In this document: piece after piece, positions 16,897 to 27,029 of the stretch
Position numbering within the stretch: the first letter of the stretch is position 1
Layout: each line of letters starts with the position of its first letter
Origin: Arenicellales bacterium
GTDB lineage: Bacteria; Pseudomonadota; Gammaproteobacteria; Arenicellales; JAJDZL01
DNA length: 64,000 nucleotides
Direction: 5' to 3'
NCBI GenBank assembly: GCA_965200425.1
Contig: CBDAUA010000007.1
Span: 102,749 to 166,748 of the forward strand
The notes under the pieces: model-generated
The model's input: only the letters and a program-made list of their open reading frames with translations
What the model was told of the DNA's origin: nothing
Database searches by the model: none
Program-made: the position numbers and the translations under genes

Positions 16897-18900
16897 TTAT
16901 TGAACGGTTATAGTTGGTCCTAGTGCTACTGCTAGATCTCGCGCTCTTGCTAGCTTCTCGCCATAAACAGCGATCTGTTCATTGAATTTAGTACGCAGGT
17001 TATCGGATATTGGTTTACCACTAGGCAGATCATGAGTCAATGGATCTTTGTGCACACCATTTACACGGAATTCGTAATGAAGATGTGGCCCAGTTGACAC
17101 TCCCGTCGATCCGACGTATCCGATTACTTGACCTTGTTTGACGTGAGAGCCTTCACTCGTATTCTTACCGAATTTCGACATGTGTGCATAAAGCGTACTG
17201 TAGGTACTGCCATGTTGCAGGACAATCACTTTACCGTAGCCATTTTCATTTCTACGTGAAACAACCGTTCCATCTGCGGTGGCTCGAATTGGAGTGCCTG
17301 TTTTGGCTCCGTAATCTACACCTCTATGTGGTCGGTACTTTTTCAAAATTGGATGGAATCGATTGTTGCTAAACACGGATGTTACTCGCGCATACTTGAT
17401 TGGGGAACGCAGAAAATACCCCTCCATGCTAAATCCATACTGATCGTAGTACAAACTGGAAGAACGACCAGATTGTTCATGATCGAATCTAAACGCTTGG
17501 ATGAGGTTATCAACTTGCCTCAAAGACGCTGCCAAGACCGTTGGACTGCCAACTGGGATATTCTCTACATGCTTTTGTTGGTATACGACACAGTACTCGT
17601 CACCTTTTTTAAGTTGACGACTGAAGTCGATTCTCGATTCGAAAATACTGGCAAATTTTTCTACCACAGACTTAGGGATCTTTACCGCTTTCGCAGCTTC
17701 ATAGAGATTGTATCGTATGATAGTACATGCTACATCTTCTCTAGTATCGGTATCTAAATTTCTATATCCGACAATATATTCATCGTTTCTTCGGAGTACA
17801 ATTCGAGTTTTTGCGGCGGCTAAATCATCAATTTCCAAAGCTGCAAATTGCCCTTCGGTTGTTGTAGCGATTCTCAATTTCTGGCCGGGTTTTAAACCGG
17901 CTCTTAGTGAGTTATGCTTCGGTGCATTTGCTACTTCAATCGCCTCTCCCGACGGTAGATCCAGTCGACTAAAAATACGTCCTAAAGTATCACCTTTTCG
18001 TACTTTGACGTCATGCCATACTACATTTTCGTCTGCCTCAAATTCCTGTAACGCAAGTTCAGTGCTCGTGTCTTCCTTGAATTCAATTTCGATCCTTTCT
18101 TTCAACAATTTATCTAGGTTACCAACACGCTGTACTTCCTCGTTGTCAACCACTTCAAAGGAATCGCCGACGGGTAGCAAAATCACTCTTTTTTCCTGCT
18201 TCTTTCCTGGTGATCGAACAAACTCAATACCTAGAATTTCGTCTTCGTTGCTTCGCGCAAATCGAAGTAGATCACCAATCCGAAGACTTTGTGTCATTTT
18301 TGCACCCGGCATCTTTGATACTTTAACCGCAGTCGCGCCGGTTAATTCATTGCGAACAAAAATCAGACTTAAGTTGTCGTTAGGTTTGACTACGACATCA
18401 TTCCACTTTATTTCAGGCAGTTCTAGTTTAACTTCTTTTCGTATCGTGGGCTGCGCGCGGTCAATTGGTTCGGAGTCTATGAACGGAGACTCGGCCATGT
18501 AAGAGCCAACATCGGAACGCAAACTTGCCATTCTTTCAGAAGGCGCCTCTATTTTTTCGATAGATGGCAATTTGGTCGTTGTAAGCACAGTCTCCTGTGG
18601 TTTAGCACTGATTGACCTGACTGCTTCGATGGGTTCAGGCAGTTTTTGAAGATTATTGGATTCGATTGAAATAGACACCGTTTCGGGGGATGGGAGTTCA
18701 AAACTGGAAATTCGGTCAACCGACTCTACCGGCTCTTCCATATCTAACATACGGGACTTAAAACTTGAGAATGTAATCGTACCAAGTGTCAAGACACCAG
18801 CGGTGACAACAATTCCTACTAACATTTTTTTACGTCCGCGTCGGCTCCGACGTTTGAAACTTGGTTCAGTCCACCAGCCGCTGTACTTTGACTTACTCAT
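16897..18900 (-). CDS. M23 family murein endopeptidase with N-terminal TM and LysM/OapA-like region (MepM-like)
   Basis: C-terminal HRGVDYGAKTGTPIRATADG ... GSTGVSTGPHLHYEF LytM motifs, and an N-terminal membrane anchor. Confidence 0.85.
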   Translation of the reverse strand: MSKSKYSGWWTEPSFKRRSRRGRKKMLVGIVVTAGVLTLGTITFSSFKSRMLDMEEPVESVDRISSFELPSPETVSISIESNNLQKLPEPIEAVRSISAKPQETVLTTTKLPSIEKIEAPSERMASLRSDVGSYMAESPFIDSEPIDRAQPTIRKEVKLELPEIKWNDVVVKPNDNLSLIFVRNELTGATAVKVSKMPGAKMTQSLRIGDLLRFARSNEDEILGIEFVRSPGKKQEKRVILLPVGDSFEVVDNEEVQRVGNLDKLLKERIEIEFKEDTSTELALQEFEADENVVWHDVKVRKGDTLGRIFSRLDLPSGEAIEVANAPKHNSLRAGLKPGQKLRIATTTEGQFAALEIDDLAAAKTRIVLRRNDEYIVGYRNLDTDTREDVACTIIRYNLYEAAKAVKIPKSVVEKFASIFESRIDFSRQLKKGDEYCVVYQQKHVENIPVGSPTVLAASLRQVDNLIQAFRFDHEQSGRSSSLYYDQYGFSMEGYFLRSPIKYARVTSVFSNNRFHPILKKYRPHRGVDYGAKTGTPIRATADGTVVSRRNENGYGKVIVLQHGSTYSTLYAHMSKFGKNTSEGSHVKQGQVIGYVGSTGVSTGPHLHYEFRVNGVHKDPLTHDLPSGKPISDNLRTKFNEQIAVYGEKLARARDLAVALGPTITVQ

Positions 18901-19071
18901 TAAGATGCATTAAACAATAAAAATTCCGAAACAAAATTATAAAAATACTTGAGAATGAGAATCTCAAATGTGGCTCGCTACCAGATTATACTAATTTGCT
19001 GCGATTTTTCAGATGAAGGAATTAGGAATGTATATAGAGTATATATATTTTGTTCTTGCCACTGACCACAA

Positions 19072-20316
19072 TTGAATGAAATAATCGAAATCTTAGGGGT
19101 TTTTACATTGTCGTTCTCAATAGACGAATCACATGAAATCATTCGCCGCGGCGTAGATGAAATACTACCAGAGAAGGATTTGATCGAGCGCTTGCAACTT
19201 GGCCGCCCACTTCGAGTAAAAGCAGGATTTGATCCGACAGCACCCGACTTACATTTAGGCCACGTCGTGCTCCTCGAAAAGATGCGCCAGTTTCAACAAC
19301 TCGGACATCAAGTCATTTTCCTAATAGGAGACTTTACAGGTCGAATTGGCGACCCTTCAGGTAAGAGTGTTACTCGTCCAGCGATGACTGAAGAAGAGAT
19401 TCGATCAAACGCCCAAACTTACGAAAGACAAGTTTTCAAAGTCCTCGATGCCAATCAGACCATCATCCGATTCAATTCAGAATGGTTTATGGATAAAAAC
19501 GCTGGAATGATGATTCAACTTGCATCTCGCTACACCGTCGCTCGAATGATGGAAAGAGACGACTTTAGACAACGAATTGCCAATCAACAATCAATTGCGA
19601 TTCATGAGTTTTTGTATCCGCTTGTACAAGGCTACGATTCGGTCGCGCTTCGAGCGGACATTGAGCTGGGTGGCACAGATCAAAAATTTAATTTACTCGT
19701 TGGGCGAGAACTCCAGAAGCAATTCGAACAACCGCAGCAAATTGTGATAACAGTACCGTTGCTGGAAGGTTTGGATGGAGTCCAAAAGATGTCTAAGTCC
19801 CTTAAAAATTACATCGGTATCGATGAATCGGCCAACGAAATTTTTGGCAAAGTGATGTCGATCTCGGATGAACTGATGTGGCGATACTATGAACTAGTCA
19901 GCAGTCGCACTCCGGCTGAGATTGGCCAGCTGAAAAAATCGACTGAAGCCGGGTTGAATCCACGCGACGTAAAGTTTCTACTCGCAGAAGAAATAGTCGA
20001 GCGATTTCATTCGAAGGCAGAAGCAATTCGCGCTCGAAAAAATTTTGTCAATCGTTTTCAGAAAAGACTGGTGCCAGAGGATATCGAGAGTGTAGTTTTG
20101 TACATCTCCAAACCCGATGTCGCACTTGCGAATTTACTAAAGAATTCAGGATTAGTCCAAAGCACCTCCGAAGCTCATCGTATGGTCAAACAAGGTGCTG
20201 TTCGCATTGACGATGAACGTGTGGCAGATTCCCGAATTTTGATTCCGGTTGATACAACCCACGTCTATCGAGTCGGAAAGAGAAAATTTGCTAAGATTGA
20301 GATTCGAGCTGTTTGA
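19072..20316 (+). CDS. tyrS: Tyrosine--tRNA ligase (type 2, TyrZ-like)
   Basis: HLGH and KMSKS class I signatures plus a C-terminal S4 domain. The TTG at 19072 is the ORF-track start; an in-frame TTG at 19108 ([15 protein letters not shown]) is an equally plausible start. Confidence 0.92.
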   Translation: MNEIIEILGVFTLSFSIDESHEIIRRGVDEILPEKDLIERLQLGRPLRVKAGFDPTAPDLHLGHVVLLEKMRQFQQLGHQVIFLIGDFTGRIGDPSGKSVTRPAMTEEEIRSNAQTYERQVFKVLDANQTIIRFNSEWFMDKNAGMMIQLASRYTVARMMERDDFRQRIANQQSIAIHEFLYPLVQGYDSVALRADIELGGTDQKFNLLVGRELQKQFEQPQQIVITVPLLEGLDGVQKMSKSLKNYIGIDESANEIFGKVMSISDELMWRYYELVSSRTPAEIGQLKKSTEAGLNPRDVKFLLAEEIVERFHSKAEAIRARKNFVNRFQKRLVPEDIESVVLYISKPDVALANLLKNSGLVQSTSEAHRMVKQGAVRIDDERVADSRILIPVDTTHVYRVGKRKFAKIEIRAV

Positions 20317-20336
20317 TTGTTCCAGGCCCAATCTCG

Positions 20337-21062
20337 CTACATACAACCATTGATCCAGTTACGGTAAAGTTGTTCGGCAGTTTGAGCCAAAGAGCTTTCT
20401 AATTTCACTGCTTCACTACGCAGTTCGTCTGCACCACTTTCACCAAAGGTATTGCATAACGCTTTTTCATATTCCGGTACTGCATTCCATTCATCAATGG
20501 TCTGCGGCCCGGTTTCCACATGAAACTGAATTCCCAATACACTTTTTCCAAAGCCAATGGCTTGAATGGGGCAAAGAGGCGATGACATCAGTACCTCCGC
20601 ATCATCTGGCAAGGACTTCACTTCTGCTCCATGCCACTGCAAAGTTTTGAAGCTTGTGGGTAAATTTTGCGTGATTGGACTGTTCTGCCCCGCGCTGGTC
20701 AATTCAACATCTAGCATTCCTACTTCAGGAGTGTCAGCAAGTCCAACTGACCCGCCAGTAGCATCAGCCAACAATTGATGCCCTAGGCAAACACCTAAAA
20801 ACGGCATATTGCGTACTCGAACGGCTTCATGAATCGCTTCTTTTTCAGGGCGTAACCAAGGAAATTGTTCCTCTTGCCAAACATCCATCGGGCCACCCAT
20901 TGCGATCAACGCATCGTATTTGTTGAGACTCGGAATAGATTCGCCTTCATCAAGTTCGACCGCTTCCCATTGAATTCCATCTTCGTGCATAAATTTTCGA
21001 AAAATACCAGGATGTTCACAGGCGATGTGTTGGAAAACAAGAATTCGAAAAGGAGCTACCAT
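20337..21062 (-). CDS. Class I glutamine amidotransferase (GMP synthase-like GATase1 domain protein)
   Basis: GVCLGHQ nucleophile elbow and a HVE catalytic pair. I moved the start to the ATG at 21062 (MVAPFRILVFQH); the ORF track extends to 21134. Confidence 0.8.
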   Translation of the reverse strand: MVAPFRILVFQHIACEHPGIFRKFMHEDGIQWEAVELDEGESIPSLNKYDALIAMGGPMDVWQEEQFPWLRPEKEAIHEAVRVRNMPFLGVCLGHQLLADATGGSVGLADTPEVGMLDVELTSAGQNSPITQNLPTSFKTLQWHGAEVKSLPDDAEVLMSSPLCPIQAIGFGKSVLGIQFHVETGPQTIDEWNAVPEYEKALCNTFGESGADELRSEAVKLESSLAQTAEQLYRNWINGCM

Positions 21063-21178
21063 AATTTGGATCTGATTTATTGGAAAATAACTTAGTTGTT
21101 CATTCGAGCAAATTTTATTTCTAACGAACAACAAATACTATATTAAATTGATACCTTGTCACAAAAAAGGAGTTAGTT

Positions 21179-21637
21179 TTGACAGTATTCAATTTTCACT
21201 CTGAACCAGTTAAGAATGAGTGGCTAGACGCTTATGGTCATTTGAATGAAGCGTACTATCTAGTTCCTCTCACCAACGCGACTTGGCTAATGCAAGATCA
21301 TTTCGATATTGGCGTAGACTATTTTGATGAATCGGGATGCGCTCTGTATACGGTAGAAACACATCTAAGGTATCTAAAGGAAGTGCGAAAACCTGCCATA
21401 ATGAAGATTGAAACCATGATTTTAGGGTTCGATCCAAAAAAAATCTGGTTCGCTCACTCCATGATCGTCGCAGGAATCACTTGCGCCACAGCTGAATTTA
21501 TGGGTCTTCACTACAGCACTCGAGACAATCGCACTATTGCCATGCCCGATGGTGTTCAGCATAAACTAGAAGCGGCACGACAGCCGTTACTACCGGAATG
21601 GGTCGGAAGAAATATTTCTTTGATCAAACAGCAATGA
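21179..21637 (+). CDS. Hotdog-fold (4HBT/YbgC-like) acyl-CoA thioesterase
   Basis: 152 aa. The pattern EWLDAYGHLNEAYY ... YTVETHLRYLKE is typical of hotdog thioesterases. TTG start. Confidence 0.6.
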   Translation: MTVFNFHSEPVKNEWLDAYGHLNEAYYLVPLTNATWLMQDHFDIGVDYFDESGCALYTVETHLRYLKEVRKPAIMKIETMILGFDPKKIWFAHSMIVAGITCATAEFMGLHYSTRDNRTIAMPDGVQHKLEAARQPLLPEWVGRNISLIKQQ

Positions 21638-21700
21638 TTGCTTGAAAGTCCGAAGAACACTCAATCTGTTGATCAATGAGGTCTTATCACGTAAAGAGTA

Positions 21701-22093
21701 TTACTCATCACTGGAAACGTCCCCAAACCTAATCAGCACTTTTGCATCTGCAATAAATTCTTGCAGCGGTAGCACTGAACTAGAGCTACCGTATTCACTT
21801 TTATAGCTCACCCACCGTTCCACTGTGTCTATATCAAGTAGCTTGTGGTTACCGGCGTAACGAAATATGTCCTCAAAATCAAAAATTTCCACTATTCGTT
21901 CATTCACATAATAGGTAGCCAGATATTCTCTCAATAGCTCACCACTCTGTTTAAGCCCTATTTCGAAATGTTCTGTGCAGGCAGCTCGACAGATATCATA
22001 CATGGAGCTTTTTGAGTCGCTGTACTTGAGTATCTCCAAAGCGCGTTCGAGATTCAGGATGGATTGCTTCAAAGTATTCGTATCAATACTCAC
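21701..22093 (-). CDS. HI0074-family nucleotidyltransferase substrate-binding (HEPN-fold) protein, orphan
   Basis: 130 aa. The N-terminal LKQSILNLERALEILK and the overall four-helix pattern match HI0074-type HEPN proteins. No MNT partner gene is adjacent. Confidence 0.55.
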   Translation of the reverse strand: MSIDTNTLKQSILNLERALEILKYSDSKSSMYDICRAACTEHFEIGLKQSGELLREYLATYYVNERIVEIFDFEDIFRYAGNHKLLDIDTVERWVSYKSEYGSSSSVLPLQEFIADAKVLIRFGDVSSDE

Positions 22094-22181
22094 AGGTTCA
22101 CTCCCTCAGACTCCATAAATTTATTTCTATTCGTTGCATTCTTCAAACTGCCGTTTCGTCGCCAAAATCTTCGTATCAGTA

Positions 22182-23564
22182 TCAAGTTAACTGAACAAGA
22201 GCATCGTCGATACAATCCAATACCCAGTTCATTTCTTCTTGAGTAACCACGAGAGGTGGTACCACCCAAATTCCAAATTTGTCACTAGGAGTGTAGATAT
22301 TGTGTTGGTCAAAAAGGTATTCTGATATCGAAGCCACTAAGTTTTTTTGATATTTTTCTGTTGCTCGCCGTACTGGTTTATTGGGATCTTCACTTGAAAT
22401 ATGTATGGTCCAAAAAAGTCCGATACCTTGAATATGAGACACGATCGCATGCTTTTCAGAAATTTCTTGGAGTCGTTTTTCAACCCTTACCCCCATGGCT
22501 TGCGTATGTTCCAACAACTTGTCATCGAACAAAGTCTCGATAGACGCCAAGGCACCCGCAGCAGCGAGAGCGTGACCAGAATAACTTTGGCCGTGCCCAA
22601 AATAGTGTTCATCAAAGGATTCAGCAACATTTTTGGAAAAGATGACGGCCGCCATCGGACAATAAGCTCCTAGAGCTTTGCCCATAATTAAAATATCAGG
22701 TTCTATTCCATAGTGCTCACAAGCAAACATTTTGCCGGTTCGGCCCATGCCTGTCATGGTCTCGTCCACGATGAAAAGGAGCTTCCACTTTCTACACAGT
22801 TCTTGCAACTTTTTCAAATAACCATCTGGGGGAAGCATTATCCCATTACTGCCTACGATCGGCTCAATGAGAACTCCAACGACAGCATTCGTTCCACCTT
22901 CTTGCTCCACCATATAGTCAATGTATGCAATATTTTCATCGACACTATTCGCATCAAATGGTGAGTGGGGACCACCAGCGTCAGGAGCAAATACAAAGCC
23001 AGGTGCTGTTAGTGGTTCAGTAAACCATCTTCTCGGATCACCACTTGCTGAAGTTGCCCCAATCGTTGCGCCGTGCCAAGACCGATAGCGACTAATGATT
23101 TTATACGGGAAGGGGTATTGCTGCGGTGCATCCGGAATGCAATCGCTATCCGAAAGTATTTGATTGTATTGATACAGTCTTGCTCCGTGAATAGCCGCCT
23201 CTACCGCAGCTGCACCACTTTGACAAAAGTAAACCTTCTTGTTTGGATCGCCTGGTGCCAAATTAGCCAATTTTTCCGCAAGTTTGGCTGTGGTTTGAGA
23301 TGCAAAATCATCCGTAACATAGACTACGGTCTCCATTTGCTGCCGTATAGCCTCAAGCACTCTTGGATGACGAAATCCAATGTTAATGCACTCATGAGCA
23401 CTACGAAGATCAAATATTTTTCGCCCTTCGGTAGTGTAAATCCAACATCCTTCTGTACGAATTACCTCAATGGGATTGTAGTCATGTTGCTGTGCCCAAC
23501 ACTGCAACATGTACCGGGCTTGTAGCTTAGAGTACTCGCTTTGGCGCACTGGTGGATAAATCAA
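22182..23564 (-). CDS. Class III PLP-dependent aminotransferase (omega-aminotransferase family)
   Basis: 460 aa with DETMTGMGRTG and a LIMGKALGAY PLP-lysine region. Substrate not assignable. Confidence 0.85.
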   Translation of the reverse strand: MIYPPVRQSEYSKLQARYMLQCWAQQHDYNPIEVIRTEGCWIYTTEGRKIFDLRSAHECINIGFRHPRVLEAIRQQMETVVYVTDDFASQTTAKLAEKLANLAPGDPNKKVYFCQSGAAAVEAAIHGARLYQYNQILSDSDCIPDAPQQYPFPYKIISRYRSWHGATIGATSASGDPRRWFTEPLTAPGFVFAPDAGGPHSPFDANSVDENIAYIDYMVEQEGGTNAVVGVLIEPIVGSNGIMLPPDGYLKKLQELCRKWKLLFIVDETMTGMGRTGKMFACEHYGIEPDILIMGKALGAYCPMAAVIFSKNVAESFDEHYFGHGQSYSGHALAAAGALASIETLFDDKLLEHTQAMGVRVEKRLQEISEKHAIVSHIQGIGLFWTIHISSEDPNKPVRRATEKYQKNLVASISEYLFDQHNIYTPSDKFGIWVVPPLVVTQEEMNWVLDCIDDALVQLT

Positions 23565-23872
23565 TTCGGCCTGCTGTTTCGCGATTATTTTATTTCAAGT
23601 TGAAATTAAGCTTCGGTACAAAGTAAATTAAAATTAAAATGGAAATTACAAATCATGTTAGTTCCAGTATCAAAGGCTCTAAAGCAGCGTTTCACTAAAC
23701 TCAGGCGAACTCAACTCGAACCGATTTTGACTGTAATTCAGCTACATTAGACCCAAATAAGGTAAGCAAATTACAATAAAGTTTCGACGTAAAGCTCATC
23801 GCAATAATTTGGCTTTTTTTTCTTCAATTAAGGTACAAAGAGCCGCCAATTTTCTTCGCAGAGGTAGTCACC

Positions 23873-25618
23873 ATGGCGCAGTTATCCATGCAATCTAAGA
23901 AATCGGTAGACATTCAGTACGAACCCCATGAAACACCTGCACCACCACTCGTAATTGGACTTGGAGTTCAGTTAGTCGTAATCACCATCTCCGGCGTAAT
24001 TCTCACACCACTTATTGTTGTTAAAGCCGCCGGCATTGAAGGTGACTATGTTCTGTGGGCAATATTTGCAGCATTACTAATCTCAGGACTTACCACGATT
24101 TTACAAGCGGTTCGAATCGGTCGATTCGGATCGGGACACATCTTAATGATGGGTACATCGGGATCGTTTATTGCAGTTTCTGTGGCCGCATTGTCTCTAG
24201 GTGGCCCCGCCCTGTTAGCGATTCTGGTCGTTGTATCGTCAATCGCTCAATTCTTCGTTGCGTATCGACTTTCATGGCTACGAAATTTCTTCACTCCCAC
24301 AGTCGGCGGAATCGTAATTATGCTAATCCCCATAACGGTAATGCCAATCGTTTTTTCGTTATTAACTGATGTAGCTCCAGAACATCAAAGTGGCGGGGCT
24401 CCTATGTCTGCGATAATCACATTTCTTATTGCCGCAGCACTCGCGATGAGAGCAAGTGGTATCTGGCGTTTGTGGGTGCCTTTAATCGGGCTTGTCGCTG
24501 GCACTTTGGTTGGTGCATATTATGGGATGTACGATACCGCGTCTGTGATTGAGGCTGACTGGGTTGGATTGCCTGCTATTGCCTGGCCGGGATTCAACCT
24601 TGACTTCAACATTAGCTTTTGGGCTCTATTGCCTGCATTTATTTTTGTCACGCTGGTGGGATTGCTAGAAACAGTCGGTGACGCCGTTGGTATCCAACAA
24701 GTTTCCAACCGTGAGAAAAAAACACCCGATTTCCGTGTCGTGCAAGGTGCTGTTGGTGCAGATGGTGTTGGAAATCTACTTTCAGGCTTGCTTGGAACCG
24801 TTCCGAATACAACTTATTCCACGAGTCTTTCAGTGACTGAATTGACGGGAGTCGCTTCCCGTGCTGTTGGAATCTGTGCAGGTGCACTGTTCTTACTTGT
24901 CGCTTTTGTGCCAAAGGTTCAGGCCCTCCTCATCGCCATCCCTAGTCCCGTTATCGCGGCTTACGTCACCGTCTTGCTGGCAATGCTTTTTGTCACCGGA
25001 ATGAGACTGGTGATTTCGGATAACATCGATTTTCGAAAGGGGATCATTGTCGGTGTGTCATTTTTCATTGGAGTGGGCTTTCAATTTAATTTAATCTTTC
25101 CAGATTTCTTCACCGGCTCATTTGGAAAATTATTTCAAAATGGCATGACTTCAGGTGGAATTACGGCACTTTTTCTTATGTTGATTTGGCGATTTTCCTT
25201 AGAGAAAAAGGTTAAATTTACCTCAGCGTTAGAATTAAGTAAGCTACCGATCGTGGAGAATTTCATTCGAGCCCATTCTGCGGATTGGAATGTAAGCGAT
25301 GCTGTGGTACAGCGACTGTGTTTGGCCAATGAAGAGACGATGCTAAGTCTACTTGAGGGAGAACAACAAAGCGCACAAGAAAAAACTCGGGTGCTGATTG
25401 TTACCATGGTACGAAGGTCAGGAACTGCAGAGATAGAATACATGGCTACAATCGATCAGAAGAATATCGAAGACAGAATGGCAATGCTGAACGAATCTGC
25501 TTCAGAATTTGACACAGGCTCACTTTCTTTGAGGGTACTGCACCATCTTGCAACCAGTGTGAAACATCAAAAATACTTTGACACCGATATCGTATCCATT
25601 CAGGTCAGTTTAGAGTAG
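23873..25618 (+). CDS. NCS2 / SLC23-type nucleobase-cation symporter family permease with a 140-aa C-terminal soluble extension
   Basis: Multi-TM xanthine/uracil permease-like core. Residues about 442-581 are hydrophilic and unassigned. Confidence 0.75.
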   Translation: MAQLSMQSKKSVDIQYEPHETPAPPLVIGLGVQLVVITISGVILTPLIVVKAAGIEGDYVLWAIFAALLISGLTTILQAVRIGRFGSGHILMMGTSGSFIAVSVAALSLGGPALLAILVVVSSIAQFFVAYRLSWLRNFFTPTVGGIVIMLIPITVMPIVFSLLTDVAPEHQSGGAPMSAIITFLIAAALAMRASGIWRLWVPLIGLVAGTLVGAYYGMYDTASVIEADWVGLPAIAWPGFNLDFNISFWALLPAFIFVTLVGLLETVGDAVGIQQVSNREKKTPDFRVVQGAVGADGVGNLLSGLLGTVPNTTYSTSLSVTELTGVASRAVGICAGALFLLVAFVPKVQALLIAIPSPVIAAYVTVLLAMLFVTGMRLVISDNIDFRKGIIVGVSFFIGVGFQFNLIFPDFFTGSFGKLFQNGMTSGGITALFLMLIWRFSLEKKVKFTSALELSKLPIVENFIRAHSADWNVSDAVVQRLCLANEETMLSLLEGEQQSAQEKTRVLIVTMVRRSGTAEIEYMATIDQKNIEDRMAMLNESASEFDTGSLSLRVLHHLATSVKHQKYFDTDIVSIQVSLE

Positions 25619-25853
25619 ACTCGTCACGAAGTGATGCCTTTATTCAGCAGTCGGCTAAACACTCTCAAGAACTCAAATATTTCGGTGGTGTCTGAAGAAA
25701 AGCACCCAATACCGCTCGAACATAAAGTCTTTCGATCTGAACATACAGTATCAGTCAGAAAAAGAAATGGTACCTCAATCGGGCTGCCAACAGTCCAACA
25801 CCGCATATGGCTGCGCTGCTATAAGGGTGATTCTGTCAAATCAAATGGGGGTT

Positions 25854-26888
25854 TTAGTTGGGAGTGTAGCCATCTTGGAATAAAGCGTCTAGCAGTTTTT
25901 GGCACTTCAACACCCCTACGACGTGATTGCTCGAATCAATCACACGAACATCCTGATTGGCTGATAGTACACGACCTGCTATTAGAGAGAGTCGATCATC
26001 TTGTTGAACGATGATGTCACTATGAGTCTCACCATTTGCTGGATCCATGATTGCGCTAACTGGCAGTAGCTTTGCCCGTGAAACGTTTTTGGTAAACTCC
26101 TCAACATAGTCATTGGCGGGGCTCGTGATCAGCTCGACTGCAGTTCCGATCTGTACAATCATTCCTTCATACATGATGATGATGCGGTCTGCTAGTTTAA
26201 TGGCTTCATCAAAATCGTGTGTGATGAAAACAATTGTTTTATTGAGCACCGATTGCAAGCGGATAAATTCATCTTGCATTTCATTGCGAATTAGTGGGTC
26301 GAGTGCGGAAAATGGCTCATCCAGAAACCACAAATCAGGCTCGACAGCAAGCGAACGTCCAATACCAACTCGCTGCTGCTGTCCACCAGAAAGCTCGCGT
26401 GGATAATAATCCTCCCGACCTTCTAGTCCTACAATTTGAATGATTTCTCGCGCACGCTTTTCTCGAGTCTCTCTATCGACACCCTGTACTTCCAGCGGAA
26501 AAACGATATTTTGCATGACGTTGCGATGAGGCAAAAGTGCAAAATGTTGGAACACCATACCCATCTTATGACGGCGAATATTGATCAGCTCTTGTTGATT
26601 AGCTTGAAGCAGGTCTATACCTTCAAACATAACTCGTCCGTGCGTGGGTTCAACCAATCGAGCCAAACATCGAATCAATGTAGATTTGCCAGAACCGCTT
26701 AGGCCCATTACCACAAGAATCTCTCCTTCGGTAACGTCAAAAGTGGCATTTCTTACCGCTGGAATATAGCCACCGGCTTTGATCGCTTCGTCATCTGGTT
26801 CAAAATTGTGTTCGCGAAAAAATCGTTCCGGATTCTTTCCGTACAACTTAGTGACATTTTCGCACGAAATTTTAGCGGGGCTGCTCAT
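25854..26888 (-). CDS. proV: Glycine betaine/proline-type ABC transporter ATP-binding protein with C-terminal CBS region
   Basis: Walker A GLSGSGKST, signature LSGGQQQRV and Walker B WFLDEPFSALD, with a ProV-like length of 344 aa. Confidence 0.9.
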   Translation of the reverse strand: MSSPAKISCENVTKLYGKNPERFFREHNFEPDDEAIKAGGYIPAVRNATFDVTEGEILVVMGLSGSGKSTLIRCLARLVEPTHGRVMFEGIDLLQANQQELINIRRHKMGMVFQHFALLPHRNVMQNIVFPLEVQGVDRETREKRAREIIQIVGLEGREDYYPRELSGGQQQRVGIGRSLAVEPDLWFLDEPFSALDPLIRNEMQDEFIRLQSVLNKTIVFITHDFDEAIKLADRIIIMYEGMIVQIGTAVELITSPANDYVEEFTKNVSRAKLLPVSAIMDPANGETHSDIIVQQDDRLSLIAGRVLSANQDVRVIDSSNHVVGVLKCQKLLDALFQDGYTPN

Positions 26889-26950
26889 CTCAATAAATCA
26901 TTCGTAAATCTATCTGTAATTCTACTAAAACTGTTGAAAAGCAAATAAGA

Positions 26951-26982
26951 AAAAGCCGACGATATTGAACCGCCGGCTTTTT
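26951..26982 (-). terminator. Rho-independent terminator downstream of the substrate-binding protein gene
   Basis: On the minus strand: AAAAAGCCGGCGG-ttcaatat-CGTCGGCTTTTT. The GC-rich stem has one mismatch and a T-run follows. Confidence 0.5.
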
Positions 26983-27029
26983 GGTGAACATTTAATTCCT
27001 ATTTAATCGAACAAGCTAGCTTCTTTAGA

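Noticed and set aside
17708-18502. 264-aa ORF on the plus strand (and its neighbour at 17326-17757), antisense to the M23 peptidase gene
   Set aside because: It lies entirely inside a gene with clear LytM motifs on the other strand. The translation is Ser/Thr/Leu-rich and low complexity with no family resemblance. This is a typical shadow ORF.
21845-21862. RYAGNH in the HEPN-like protein formally fits the Rx4-6H HEPN motif
   Set aside because: By position it aligns with the helix preceding the catalytic helix of HI0074 proteins (the FRLAAEQGLI-type segment), not with the RN..SHxY site after the conserved Trp. I therefore do not count it as an intact active site. This rests on a mental alignment and should be checked with an HMM.
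25631-26014. 127-aa plus-strand ORF spanning the permease-proV gap and the 3' end of proV
   Set aside because: It has no RBS and no recognisable motifs, and 160 nt overlap the well-supported proV C-terminus on the opposite strand. It is most likely spurious.
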